Below, piece by piece: positions 9,859 to 21,257 of a stretch of 46,807 bases of DNA (within the stretch, counting starts at the first letter, position 1; each line of letters starts with the position of its first letter). Both the position numbers and the translations under genes were made by a program. The notes beneath the pieces are model-generated. The model had not been told where the DNA came from. It saw nothing but the letters and a program-made list of their open reading frames with translations, and did no database searches. Source of the DNA: Elusimicrobiota bacterium (GTDB taxonomy: Bacteria > Elusimicrobiota > Elusimicrobia > FEN-1173); contig JBQTIM010000090.1 of NCBI GenBank assembly GCA_052388135.1, positions 1 through 46,807 of the forward strand, in the 5' to 3' direction.

Positions 9859-10133
9859 AAAAAAACAACGGCGGGCCGACTTACGCCGCGGCCTACGAGG
9901 AACTGCAGAAGATTCTGGAAGCTCTGGAGCAGGGCGAGGTGGACGTGGACGATCTCTCCGCCAAGGTGAAGCGCGCCGCCGAGCTCATCGAGTTCTGCCA
10001 GAAGCGCCTGAAAGAAACGGAGCTGGAAGTGAAGCGCGTGGTGGACCAGTTCCAGAAGGCCAAGATCGCGGACGACGACGAAGACGAGGACGACGCGGAG
10101 GAGGAAGGCGGCGAGAAGAGCGAACTTTTTTAA
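9855..10133 (+). CDS. xseB: Exodeoxyribonuclease VII small subunit with acidic tail
   Basis: YAAAYEELQKILEALEQGEVDVDDL..AAELIEFCQKRL; ATGA overlap with xseA. Confidence 0.93.
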   Translation: MKKNNGGPTYAAAYEELQKILEALEQGEVDVDDLSAKVKRAAELIEFCQKRLKETELEVKRVVDQFQKAKIADDDEDEDDAEEEGGEKSELF

Positions 10134-10180
10134 CCCGGATTCCCCGGTTGAGCGCCGGGACCGAGCCGGAAAAGACGGGG
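10134..10180 (+). repeat. Partial copy of MITE-like repeat family A
   Basis: CCCGGATTCCCCGGTTGAGCGCCGGGACCGAGCCGGAAAAGACGGGG matches one end of the copies at 38444 and 39445; it directly follows the xseB TAA. Confidence 0.8.
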
Positions 10181-10198
10181 AGCGTTTCGTTCAGACGC

Positions 10199-10233
10199 AA
10201 AAAAGGCGGAGGGAGATTTTCCCTCCGCCTTTT
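10199..10233. terminator. Bidirectional intrinsic terminator
   Basis: AAAAAAGGCGGAGGGA-GATTT-TCCCTCCGCCTTTT between convergent genes. Confidence 0.88.
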
Positions 10234-10250
10234 CTATTGAAAGGCTTTTT

Positions 10251-10892
10251 CTACGCCGCCGGTTTCCCCACGCTGTAGGAGGAGCGGATGCTCCACCAGA
10301 TGGCGGCCAAGCCCAGGAGCGAGGCCACGCCCAGCGTGACGGCGTTGAACGCGCCGTAGTGGGCGGGGGCCAGCATGGCGAAGAGCATGGGGCCCGAGAG
10401 GTAGGTGTTGATCCGCGATGTCAGGGTGGCTTTCTTGCGGATGGGCGCGGCTTCCTCGGGCGTGGCCTTGGCGACGCCGCAGAGGCCCAGGATCCGCTTC
10501 TGCGCCGGCCAGATGATCATCCACACGTTGAACCACATGATGAAGCCCAGGAGCATGCCGACGCTGATCCAGAGGGCGCGGTCCGTGATGCCGTCGTAGT
10601 CGCTCCACAGGGGCGTGGGGCCGAAGCCGAGGCCCGGGGAGTACATGTAGTTCATGACGAAGAGGACGAGGCCCGCCAGGAGGGTGATCATGGCGCCCCA
10701 GCGGAACCACCAGAGAGCGCGGGGCATGAGCTGGGGGTTCACGGCCTTCTTGCCGGCGTCGTCCAGCGCCCCTTGCAGGGGAACGTTCACGAAATTAAAG
10801 AAATAAAGATGTCCGATCCAGGTGATGCCGGCCAGCACGTGCAGCCAGCGGACGAGGAGATGGAAGTTGCTGAACAAGTCGGACAGGGCCAT
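10251..10892 (-). CDS. Urate_ox_N (PuuD-like) membrane protein without a cytochrome c domain
   Basis: RWLHVLAGITWIGHLYFFN, PRALWWFRWGA, IMWFNVWMIIWPAQK, SRINTYLS.PMLF; AAGGAGG RBS; no CxxCH. Confidence 0.82.
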   Translation of the reverse strand: MALSDLFSNFHLLVRWLHVLAGITWIGHLYFFNFVNVPLQGALDDAGKKAVNPQLMPRALWWFRWGAMITLLAGLVLFVMNYMYSPGLGFGPTPLWSDYDGITDRALWISVGMLLGFIMWFNVWMIIWPAQKRILGLCGVAKATPEEAAPIRKKATLTSRINTYLSGPMLFAMLAPAHYGAFNAVTLGVASLLGLAAIWWSIRSSYSVGKPAA

Positions 10893-10950
10893 GAAGCCTC
10901 CTTAGGGGCGGGTTGTTCGGACGAAGACGAAAATATCAGTTTTGACGGGT

Positions 10951-13683
<2,733 letters not shown>

Positions 13684-13690
13684 GGGCTTG

Positions 13691-14464
13691 TTATTCCTTT
13701 ATAGGATTACCGCGCTCCCCTGTCAACGAACCGGGCGGAGCGGAGGACGGTGCGATGGGCTCGACGGCCTCCTGCGGGACCCAGCCTTTGAGGCCCTGGT
13801 CCGGAACGCCGATCTCCCGCCAGCCTTCGGACCGGCCGAAGAGGATCACTTTCCGGCCCTCGGGCACGACGAAGCCCACGCGGAACTCGGGGCCGGGGCC
13901 GGCCCGGGCTTCGGCCCGCGCCTCCAGCACGATGCCCGCGGGCCGGCGACCTTGGGAGCGGCTGAAGAGCAAAAGCCCGGCGGCGGCCAAAAAGAGGAAC
14001 GCGGCGGTCCAGCGGCCCCACCAGACCCATTCCGCCCGGGAGTAGAGGCCGGCGGCCATCAAGAGGAAGAAGAAAAAATTGGCGGCGAGAAAAATCCACC
14101 CGGCGGCGGCCTCTTTGCCTTCCAGGAAACCGGGCGGCGCTTCTTCGGGCCATTGGGCGCGGATCAGGGCCAGGTTGTGCCGCGCGTCCTCGTGGGACGG
14201 GTCCGCCGCGCTGGCGCGCTCGTACCACAGGCGCGCGCGGCCCAAACGGCCGAGGCGGTAATAGGCGTTCCCTAAATTGTAGTAAAGCCCGGCGCCTCCC
14301 CAGCCCCGGCGCAGAACGTCCTCATAGCGGTCCCGCGCGGCGGCGAACTGACCCTGCTCGTAGGCCCGGTTTCCCAGGTCGAAAAGCTCCTGCGGCGTCT
14401 CCGCACGAAGCGCGGCCGCGGCCAGCAGCAACGCCGCCGCGAGGATGCCCGTCCGCCTCGTCAT
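13691..14464 (-). CDS. batE: BatE-like TPR + TM + SH3-like protein
   Basis: Signal peptide, [25 protein letters not shown], two TM segments, EARAGPG..EG.KV..GW..GWV; ATGA overlap with the batD stop. Confidence 0.8.
   Translation of the reverse strand: MTRRTGILAAALLLAAAALRAETPQELFDLGNRAYEQGQFAAARDRYEDVLRRGWGGAGLYYNLGNAYYRLGRLGRARLWYERASAADPSHEDARHNLALIRAQWPEEAPPGFLEGKEAAAGWIFLAANFFFFLLMAAGLYSRAEWVWWGRWTAAFLFLAAAGLLLFSRSQGRRPAGIVLEARAEARAGPGPEFRVGFVVPEGRKVILFGRSEGWREIGVPDQGLKGWVPQEAVEPIAPSSAPPGSLTGERGNPIKE
13698..13726 (-). promoter_or_regulatory. sigma70 promoter for acnA, embedded in the batE 3' end
   Basis: TTGACA-17bp-TATAAA on the minus strand, 14 nt upstream of the acnA ATG. Confidence 0.65.
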
Positions 14465-16365
14465 CGCCAAACCCCTTCCAGCTTCTGCAAAATATCCCGC
14501 AGGGCGCGGCCGCGGCGGCGGGCGCCGTCTTCATCGGAAGGCGCGGGCGCGAAGCGCGCGCGGTCCAGGCCGCTCCACAGGGCTTCCAGCTCCGCCACGG
14601 TTTCGCCGGGGGCCGCGCGGCGGCGGAGCTCCTCTTCCACCTCGGCCCAGGCGAGACCGCGGGCCGGCCGCTTCAGCTTGTCGCCCAAATAATCCAAAAG
14701 AATTTTCTGCAGGGCGGCCTCGTAGGCCGGCGCGTTCCCCTCGCGGAGGAAAGGCTCGGCGCGGGCCAGCCCGGCGCGGGCTTTCCGCAATGCCCGCCGG
14801 AAAGAAAGGCCCAGGGGATCCGCGGCCCGGCGGGCGCGCAGGAGGCGGTTTCCCCACAAGCCGGCGAAGGCCAGGGCGGGAAAAAAGTTGAGGAACGCGA
14901 AGGCGGGCGCGGCGGTGAACGAATCTTTGCGCGGGCGGAGGCGGGCGTTTCTTTGAATGAACCGGATGTCGCGGCCCATCACTTTCAAATCTTCCAACAG
15001 GGGCGCGGGGGCGGGGGCGGCCCGCCCGCCGCCGGGCGAAGGGCGCACCGTCAAGCGCAAGGGCTCCGACCGCGCGACGCGATAGGCGCCGGCCGCGGGA
15101 TCGAAGAAACCGAAGCTCACGGGGGGAACCTCCAGCGCGCCGGTGACGTCCGGCTTGAGGACCGTTTTAAAAACCTTGGAGCCGCGCACGCGGTAATCCT
15201 CCTTGGCGACGTTCAGGCTGCTCACCGTCTCGTAGACCTTGAACCCGTCCAGGGGCGGCAGGGCCGGCGCCGACAGGGCCTTCACGTTGCCTTCGCCCGA
15301 CACCGTGACCGTGAGGGTGACGGGCTCGTGCAGGTCCACGGCGCTTTTGTCCAGGGCGGCGGAAACGGCGTAGCGGCCCACGTCGCCGCGGAAGCCCTCC
15401 GGCCGCCCCGCTTCGGGCAGGGGAAGCACCCGGACCGCGATGGGATCCGTGCGCAGGGTCACCGCCTGGCCGGCGGAAAAAAATTCCTCGAACAAGGATT
15501 GGAACGGATCGCCGCCGCGGGAAAAATCCTGGACGCGGCATTGCAGGGATGCGGGCCCGATGGTGAACGCGCCCGGCGCCGTGGGGAAAAGCGCCGTTTT
15601 CAGCTCCACCACGGCGTAGTTCCGGCCTTCGAGGGACGCCGTGTACTGCCGCTGGGGCGGCAGGTCCTCGGCCAGGAAGCCCGTCGTGTCGGGCGGCGAA
15701 TAGGCGGGCTGGCTGGCCAGGCGGGCGCGGCTGTAGAAGCGGAACGTGAGGGTGAGGGGCTCGCCCACGTAAGCGGTTTTCTTGTCCGTCTCGGCGGTGA
15801 CGAAAAGGTCCCGAATCCGGCCCGGCGGCGGAGCGGCCGAGTCCGGCGGAGGGGCCGCCGGCGGGGAAGCCCCCGACAAGACCTTCACCGGGATGGGCGG
15901 GGTGGACAGGGTCTTTCCGCCGGCCTCCAGCGTGAAGGCGGGGATGGTGTAGTCGCCCGGGGCCTGGGGCTCCAGGGCGTAGGAGTAAACCACCTGGCTC
16001 GAGGTCCGGCCGTTGACGAAACTGAAGTTTTGGGACTGGCCCGCGGAGTGCGCCCGGAAGCCGGGAATGGGCGGCAGGCTGGGGCGCGGCGCGTTGAGGC
16101 CTCCGCCGGAGATGGCGAGCTGGAGCCGCAGGGTGTCGTTCATGGTGACGACGTTCCTGTCCACGGACGCCTCGAAGGAAACGTCGTCGGCGCGGAGAGG
16201 GGAGGCCGGGAAAAGCGTCAAAAGCAAAAAGCCGAGCGCCGGGAGCCGGAGGGGAGGACCGAAGCGGGCGCGAGAGGAGAGCGCGCGCGACGCTTTGCCG
16301 GGCGTCCGGCCTTGGAAGAACGGTCTGCCGGCGGGCCGCCGCGTTTGGTTTCTCGGCTTTTTCAC
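14461..16365 (-). CDS. batD: BatD family protein
   Basis: ASVDRNVV, SQNFSFVNG, DKKTAYVGEPL, LFPTAPG, VLPLPE..F.GDVG, VSGEGN, FFDP..Y; C-terminal TM. The start is uncertain because of an R/P-rich extension before the signal peptide. Confidence 0.85.
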   Translation of the reverse strand: MKKPRNQTRRPAGRPFFQGRTPGKASRALSSRARFGPPLRLPALGFLLLTLFPASPLRADDVSFEASVDRNVVTMNDTLRLQLAISGGGLNAPRPSLPPIPGFRAHSAGQSQNFSFVNGRTSSQVVYSYALEPQAPGDYTIPAFTLEAGGKTLSTPPIPVKVLSGASPPAAPPPDSAAPPPGRIRDLFVTAETDKKTAYVGEPLTLTFRFYSRARLASQPAYSPPDTTGFLAEDLPPQRQYTASLEGRNYAVVELKTALFPTAPGAFTIGPASLQCRVQDFSRGGDPFQSLFEEFFSAGQAVTLRTDPIAVRVLPLPEAGRPEGFRGDVGRYAVSAALDKSAVDLHEPVTLTVTVSGEGNVKALSAPALPPLDGFKVYETVSSLNVAKEDYRVRGSKVFKTVLKPDVTGALEVPPVSFGFFDPAAGAYRVARSEPLRLTVRPSPGGGRAAPAPAPLLEDLKVMGRDIRFIQRNARLRPRKDSFTAAPAFAFLNFFPALAFAGLWGNRLLRARRAADPLGLSFRRALRKARAGLARAEPFLREGNAPAYEAALQKILLDYLGDKLKRPARGLAWAEVEEELRRRAAPGETVAELEALWSGLDRARFAPAPSDEDGARRRGRALRDILQKLEGVWR

Positions 16366-17984
16366 CAGTCCTTCTCCACGTCTTTTTTGGACGCCGGCGC
16401 CCTCATTTTTTGCCGCGCTTCTTTCTCCTGGGCCTCCACGGCCTGAAGCAGGCGCTCGGCGTCCTCCTTGGAGAGCGCCCCCGGGCGGGCGCCGGCGGCC
16501 GCCGGATCCTTTTTGCCGCGGCCGTCTTCGCCGCCGCCGGACGGCTCTTGGTCCTTGGATCCGCCTTTGTTTTTCTCGTCCGGTTTGGGTTGCGATTTTT
16601 GCGCCTGCGTCATTTTCCGGGCCAGCTCCAGGTTGTGCTTGGCGTCGGCGTCGGCCGGGTTCAGCCGCAGGGCTTGTTTGTAGTGCTCCACCGCGTCGGA
16701 AAACCGCTCCTGCCGGAAGGAGGCATTGCCGGCGTTGTAGGCGCTGCGGGCGGCGCGCTCGGCGTCCGCGAATCCCGGCCGCGCGGCCTGGAACGACCGC
16801 GCCGCGGCGGAATAATCTCCCTTCTTATACTGCTTCACGCCCCGGTTGAATTCCGCGACGCTTTCGCCGGGAGCGCGGCCCAGAGCCTCCGCCCGCGGGG
16901 CCGCCAGCAGGAGAATCCCGGCCGCGGCGGACCGGCGGAAAAGACGCGGCGCCGTCTCGCGGGCGCGGCGCAGGAGCCGGCCGAAATGCCCGGGCGTCTC
17001 GGGCCAGAGGAATTCCAAGAGCAAAAGGGCCAGCGCCGCGGCCAGGGGCCAGGCGAACCGGTCCTCGTGTTGATCGAAAACTTTGGACTGCAGGGACTTT
17101 TTCTCCATGCCGCGCAGGTCGGCCAGGATGCGCTCCACCTCCACCTCGCCGTCGGTGGCGCGGTAATAGCGCCCGCCGGTCTTGGCCGCCATGTCCCGCA
17201 GGGCCTCCTCGTTCAATTTGGAAACCACCGTCTGTCCGGCCTTGTCCTTCTTGTAGGCGCTGAGGCCGCCCTGCTCGTCCCGCACGGGAATGATTTCGCC
17301 CTGGGGGCTGCCGAAGCCGATGGCGAACACGCGCACGCCCTCCTCCCGCGCGCGCTCCACGGCGGCCTCCAGCCGGCCGGAATGATCCTCTCCGTCGGTG
17401 AGCAGGACCAGGGCCTTGTGTTTCCGCTCCTCCCGGACGAAGGCCTCGCGGGCCGCGTCCAGCGCCGCGGCCAGGGAGGTGCCGGGCGCGGGGATCAAAT
17501 CCGTGGTGATGAGGTCCAGCAACATGCGCGCCGCGCCGTAGTCCAAAGTGAGAGGACATTGCAGAAAGGCGGTTCCCGCGAAGGCCACCACGCCCACCCG
17601 GTCGCCCTCCAGCCCGCCTATGAGGAGGCCCAACTCCCTTTTCGCCTGGACCAGCCGGTTGGGCTTCACGTCCTCCGCCAGCATGCTGGCCGACGTGTCC
17701 ACGGCCCGCATCACGTCCCCGCCGCGGCGCCGCGCCTCCTGGAACTTGAGCCCCCAGCGCGGGCCCGCCAGCGCCAGGAAGAGGAACAGGCACGCCAGCA
17801 GGGCGAGCACGGCCTTCACCCGCTGGTGCCGTTCGGCCGCCGGGTCCCAGAGCTTACGCAGCACCGGCGCGTCCCCCAGGGCGGACAGGAGCCTGCTCTT
17901 CCGCCGGAAGCCCGCCACGAACAGGGCGGCCGGCAGCAACAGCGCGGGCAGGAGCCACAGGGCCCACGGCCGGGAGAAGATCAT
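16362..17984 (-). CDS. batB: vWA domain + TPR protein (BatB-BatC fusion)
   Basis: ALAGPRWG, MIDAS DTSASM..DVKPNRL, CPLTLDY, LLTDGEDH; then TPRs (YNAGNA..F, AKHNLELA), a K/Q/G linker and DAERLL..EKDW (BatC-type end). Confidence 0.85.
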   Translation of the reverse strand: MIFSRPWALWLLPALLLPAALFVAGFRRKSRLLSALGDAPVLRKLWDPAAERHQRVKAVLALLACLFLFLALAGPRWGLKFQEARRRGGDVMRAVDTSASMLAEDVKPNRLVQAKRELGLLIGGLEGDRVGVVAFAGTAFLQCPLTLDYGAARMLLDLITTDLIPAPGTSLAAALDAAREAFVREERKHKALVLLTDGEDHSGRLEAAVERAREEGVRVFAIGFGSPQGEIIPVRDEQGGLSAYKKDKAGQTVVSKLNEEALRDMAAKTGGRYYRATDGEVEVERILADLRGMEKKSLQSKVFDQHEDRFAWPLAAALALLLLEFLWPETPGHFGRLLRRARETAPRLFRRSAAAGILLLAAPRAEALGRAPGESVAEFNRGVKQYKKGDYSAAARSFQAARPGFADAERAARSAYNAGNASFRQERFSDAVEHYKQALRLNPADADAKHNLELARKMTQAQKSQPKPDEKNKGGSKDQEPSGGGEDGRGKKDPAAAGARPGALSKEDAERLLQAVEAQEKEARQKMRAPASKKDVEKDW

Positions 17985-18024
17985 GAGCGAAAGGCTCCGC
18001 CGCGCGTTGGAAAAAAGGCGCGGC

Positions 18025-19017
18025 TCACGGTAGCCTCCACAAGAGCGTCTGCGAAAGGAGGATTTCCGTCAAGAAAACGATCAACCCCGCCAGAAGCCAG
18101 GGGAAGTAAACGTCTTGATAATCGGTGAACGTGCGCACTTTCACCTCGGTTTTCTCCAGGCGGTCTATCTCTTTGTACACCTTTCGAAGGCTCTCCAGGT
18201 CCGTGGCCCGGAAATAAAGGCCGCCGGCGGTCTCGGCCACCAGACGCAGGGCCGCCTCGTCCAAATCGTTGGGCACGCGCACCAGGCGCTCGCCGAACAG
18301 GGGGTCGCGCATGGGCCGCAGGGCGGACTCGCCGGGCGTCCCCGCGCCCACGGCGTAAATCTTGATGCCGAAAGCCGCGGCGGCCTTGGCGGCCGTGGGC
18401 GGATCCACCGCGCCGCGGTTGTTGCTGCCGTCGGTGAGCAGGACGATGGTCTTGCTCTTGGCCTCGCTGTCCTTCAGCCGCGCCACGCAGGCGGCGATGG
18501 CGTCGCCGATGGCGGTTCCGTCCTCCTGGATCATGCCGATGCGCACGTTGTCCAAAAAGCCCAGGAGGGCGCCGTAATCCGTGGTCAGCGGGCATTGGGT
18601 CATGGCCAGGCCGGAAAACACCACGAGCCCGATGCGGTCGTGCCGCCGGTTGCGGATGAACTCGCGCACCACGTCCTTGGCCGCGTCGAGCCGGTTCTTG
18701 GGCTGAAAATCCAGAGCCTCCATGCTGCCGGAGGTGTCCACGCAGAGCATGATGTCCGTGGCGGGCGTGAGCGCCTCCTCGCTCTTTTGTCCTTTCTGGG
18801 GGCGGGCGAGCGCCACGATAAGAAATCCCAGCGCCGCCAACCGCAGGGCGCTCAGAAAGAGCAAACCGTCCCGCCGCCGCGCCGGCCGGGGCCCCAGCAG
18901 GTCCAGCGATGAAAACCGCATCCGCGCCCGGGCCTTCAGCCCCCAAAAATAATCGTAGGCGGCCAGAAGCGGCAGAACCAAGAGCAGCCAAAGCGCGTGC
19001 GGGTAGGCGAAGTGCAT
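18025..19017 (-). CDS. batA: vWA domain protein BatA
   Basis: ALARPQ, DTSGSMEALDF.P.NRL, DRIGLVVF, CPLTTD, GTAIGDA, LLTDGSNN, IDRLEKT. Confidence 0.9.
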   Translation of the reverse strand: MHFAYPHALWLLLVLPLLAAYDYFWGLKARARMRFSSLDLLGPRPARRRDGLLFLSALRLAALGFLIVALARPQKGQKSEEALTPATDIMLCVDTSGSMEALDFQPKNRLDAAKDVVREFIRNRRHDRIGLVVFSGLAMTQCPLTTDYGALLGFLDNVRIGMIQEDGTAIGDAIAACVARLKDSEAKSKTIVLLTDGSNNRGAVDPPTAAKAAAAFGIKIYAVGAGTPGESALRPMRDPLFGERLVRVPNDLDEAALRLVAETAGGLYFRATDLESLRKVYKEIDRLEKTEVKVRTFTDYQDVYFPWLLAGLIVFLTEILLSQTLLWRLP

Positions 19018-19074
19018 CAAAGATCCAAGAATAAAGCCGTGGAGGCTGTATGGTTTGCCGGAATGTTTTTTTTC

Positions 19075-19338
19075 TCGGGCCCCCGTGCGGCGTTTCGAGC
19101 ACGTCGGTTCGTCGCCGGTGTCGGCCAGGGGCTCCGCCCCTGGACCCGGCCATACTTTCTTTTTGCTCGTCCAAAAAGAAAGTATGGAGAAAGAAAAAGA
19201 CGCCCCCGGCGGCCTGCGCGCGCCGTTCCGACGGCGGCCCTCAACTCGGCCTCCTCAGCGGCCGTCGGAGGCCTCGGACAATCGGGCCTCCCGCCCCGTC
19301 GGAACGGCGTGCTCGAAACGCCGCAGGGGGACCCGAAA
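19075..19338. repeat. Structured repeat family B, copy 1 (core 19144-19338, plus a 29-bp terminal inverted repeat)
   Basis: Core is homologous to the reverse complement of 42986-43179. Hairpin CCATACTTTCTTTTTG/CAAAAAGAAAGTATGG; 19075-19103 is 27/29 complementary to 19308-19336. Confidence 0.88.
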
Positions 19339-19365
19339 GGCAGGGCAGGCGGACGAAAAGCAGCG

Positions 19366-20250
19366 CTATCCCGCATGTGGCTCGGCAACCTCCGGGGCCG
19401 GGCGCGTGCGCAGGACGTAATCGCGCGCCTTTTGCAAATCCAGCCGCCTTTCTTCCGGCGCGGGCTCCAGCTTGGCGAACTTGGCCAGGTCGCTGGTCTC
19501 CAGGACGTCCCGGTCCGGGAAGAGGGCCGGAGCCACGTTCCCGCGGCGCAGCTCCTGAAAAAGCTCGGAGGTGGTGCGGTCCAGGGCCGGGATGCCGAAA
19601 CGGCCCTCCACGTAGGCCCGCAGGGCGTCCGACAGTCGGCTGTAAAAAGTTTTCGCCGGCCCGTCCAGCGCCTCTTCCAGGGCGGACAGGGCCTCCAGCG
19701 CGGCTTCGTGGGGCGGGCGCGGCGGCGGCCCCGGCGGCGCGGCCGCGCCGTCCCGGCGGAATTTCCGCGCGAGCAGGAAGCCGCCCGTCCCCCCGGCCGC
19801 CAACAGCAGGCTCCACAGGAAAATTTTTGTCCAGTCCGTCATGGCCCCCTTGATGTCGCGGATGTCCCGCGCGTCCGGCGGCAGGACGCTCTTGATGGCG
19901 ACCGGGATCGGCGGGGTTTGGATGTATCGCGTGGCGCCGTCGGCCAGGGCGTAGGACAGAGCCAAGGGAGGGATGGTCGAGACGCCCGTTTCGTAGGCCG
20001 CCAGGAGATAGCGCCCTTCCGTCGCCGCGCCCCCGGCGCCGGCGGAACTTTCCAGAACCTCGAAACTTCCCAGGGTTTTTTCCGCGGGCCACGAAACCCA
20101 GGCCACCTCCGACGAAGAATGGACGGTGACTTGGAGCCGGATGGGGTCTCCCACGAAGGCTTCTTGAGGCTGGGCCGTGGCCTCCAGGCGCACGCCGGCC
20201 CGGGCCGCGCCCGCCAGCGACAGCGTCATCAAGACAAGGAGCGCCTTCAT
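19366..20250 (-). CDS. Bat-cluster membrane protein (BatD-like/DUF4381-like)
   Basis: Signal peptide MKALLVLMTLSLAGAARA, VGDPI, IRDIKG, TM, PPHEAALEAL, LRAYVEGRFG..ALDRTTSE, DLAKFAK; ATGA overlap with the DUF58 stop. Confidence 0.82.
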   Translation of the reverse strand: MKALLVLMTLSLAGAARAGVRLEATAQPQEAFVGDPIRLQVTVHSSSEVAWVSWPAEKTLGSFEVLESSAGAGGAATEGRYLLAAYETGVSTIPPLALSYALADGATRYIQTPPIPVAIKSVLPPDARDIRDIKGAMTDWTKIFLWSLLLAAGGTGGFLLARKFRRDGAAAPPGPPPRPPHEAALEALSALEEALDGPAKTFYSRLSDALRAYVEGRFGIPALDRTTSELFQELRRGNVAPALFPDRDVLETSDLAKFAKLEPAPEERRLDLQKARDYVLRTRPAPEVAEPHAG

Positions 20251-21131
20251 CGGTACCGTTTGGCCCGCTCCCGGAAAAACGACAGGAAGGCCTTCACGTA
20301 GGAAACACCCGTTTCCACGAACACCGCGTCGGCGCCGAACCGGGCCAGGCCCTTCCGCAGGGCCGGCAGGCGTCCGCGCCCGTCGAAGACGGGCGATTTC
20401 ACCACGGCCGGCTCGCCGGTCTCCGCGTCCTCCAGCAGGAGCCGCGCGCCCCGGGGAAGGGCCGTCTCCCAAGGGTCCGAGACGGGCACGGCGATGAGGT
20501 CGTGGCGTTTCAAGGTGACGCGCAGTGTTTTTTCATAGCCGCCGTCGAGGAAGTCCGATAGGAGGAACGCCACCGCCCGGCGGCGCTGGACGCGATTCAG
20601 GAAATCCAAAGCCCCGGCCAGGGAAGTGCCCCGGCCGGCGGCGCGGGCGGCCAAGGCCTCGCGGATCAAGCGCAACGCGTGCGCCCGGCCTTTGCGGGGC
20701 GGAATGAACTTTTCCACGCGGTCGGAAAACAGGATCATCCCCGCCTTGTCTCCGTTGCGGAGAGCCGAGAAGGCGAGCACCGCCGCCACCTCCGCCGCCA
20801 GCTCCGACTTGAGCCGCCCCTGGGAACCGAAGCTCTGCGACAGGCTCGTGTCCACCAGGAACAGGACGGTGAGTTCCCTCTCCTCTATGAACTTCTTCAC
20901 GAAGGGGCGCCCCGCGCGGGCGGTCACGTTCCAGTCGATGCTTCGCACGTCGTCCCCGGGAAGGTATTCCCGCACCTCCGAGAACTCCATGCCCCGGCCC
21001 TTGAAGGTGCTGTTGTATTGCCCCGCGAAGACTTCGTCCACCAGGCGGCGGGCCGTGATCTCCAGCCGCCGGACGCGGCCGAGGACCTCGGGGGAAACGG
21101 CGGCCGAGGCCGCCGCGTTCACGGGCGCCAC
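20247..21131 (-). CDS. DUF58 protein (MoxR-associated, vWA-like)
   Basis: FKGRGMEFSEVREYLPGDDVRSIDWNVTAR, EERELT, LSDF. Start is GTG 21131 or 21122. Confidence 0.92.
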   Translation of the reverse strand: MAPVNAAASAAVSPEVLGRVRRLEITARRLVDEVFAGQYNSTFKGRGMEFSEVREYLPGDDVRSIDWNVTARAGRPFVKKFIEERELTVLFLVDTSLSQSFGSQGRLKSELAAEVAAVLAFSALRNGDKAGMILFSDRVEKFIPPRKGRAHALRLIREALAARAAGRGTSLAGALDFLNRVQRRRAVAFLLSDFLDGGYEKTLRVTLKRHDLIAVPVSDPWETALPRGARLLLEDAETGEPAVVKSPVFDGRGRLPALRKGLARFGADAVFVETGVSYVKAFLSFFRERAKRYR

Positions 21132-21257
21132 GGGAGGCCTCGGCGCCCGACGGGATCGCGGAAGGACCGGCGGTTTCGGGAAGGAGCGCGGAACGGCGAA
21201 TTCACGGACGGCGCGCCGGCGGGGCGAAGGCTCGCGAGGCGGCCGCCGGGCCGGCCT

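Noticed and set aside
17695-17725. Odd residues before the BatB MIDAS (GGDVMRAVDTS)
   Set aside because: The DxSxS motif is intact; two T>G changes could be drift or sequencing error, not evidence of new function.
21119-21205. Relay ORF between moxR and DUF58
   Set aside because: It ends on the DUF58 GTG but starts ~50 nt after the moxR stop, so it is not coupled at both ends.
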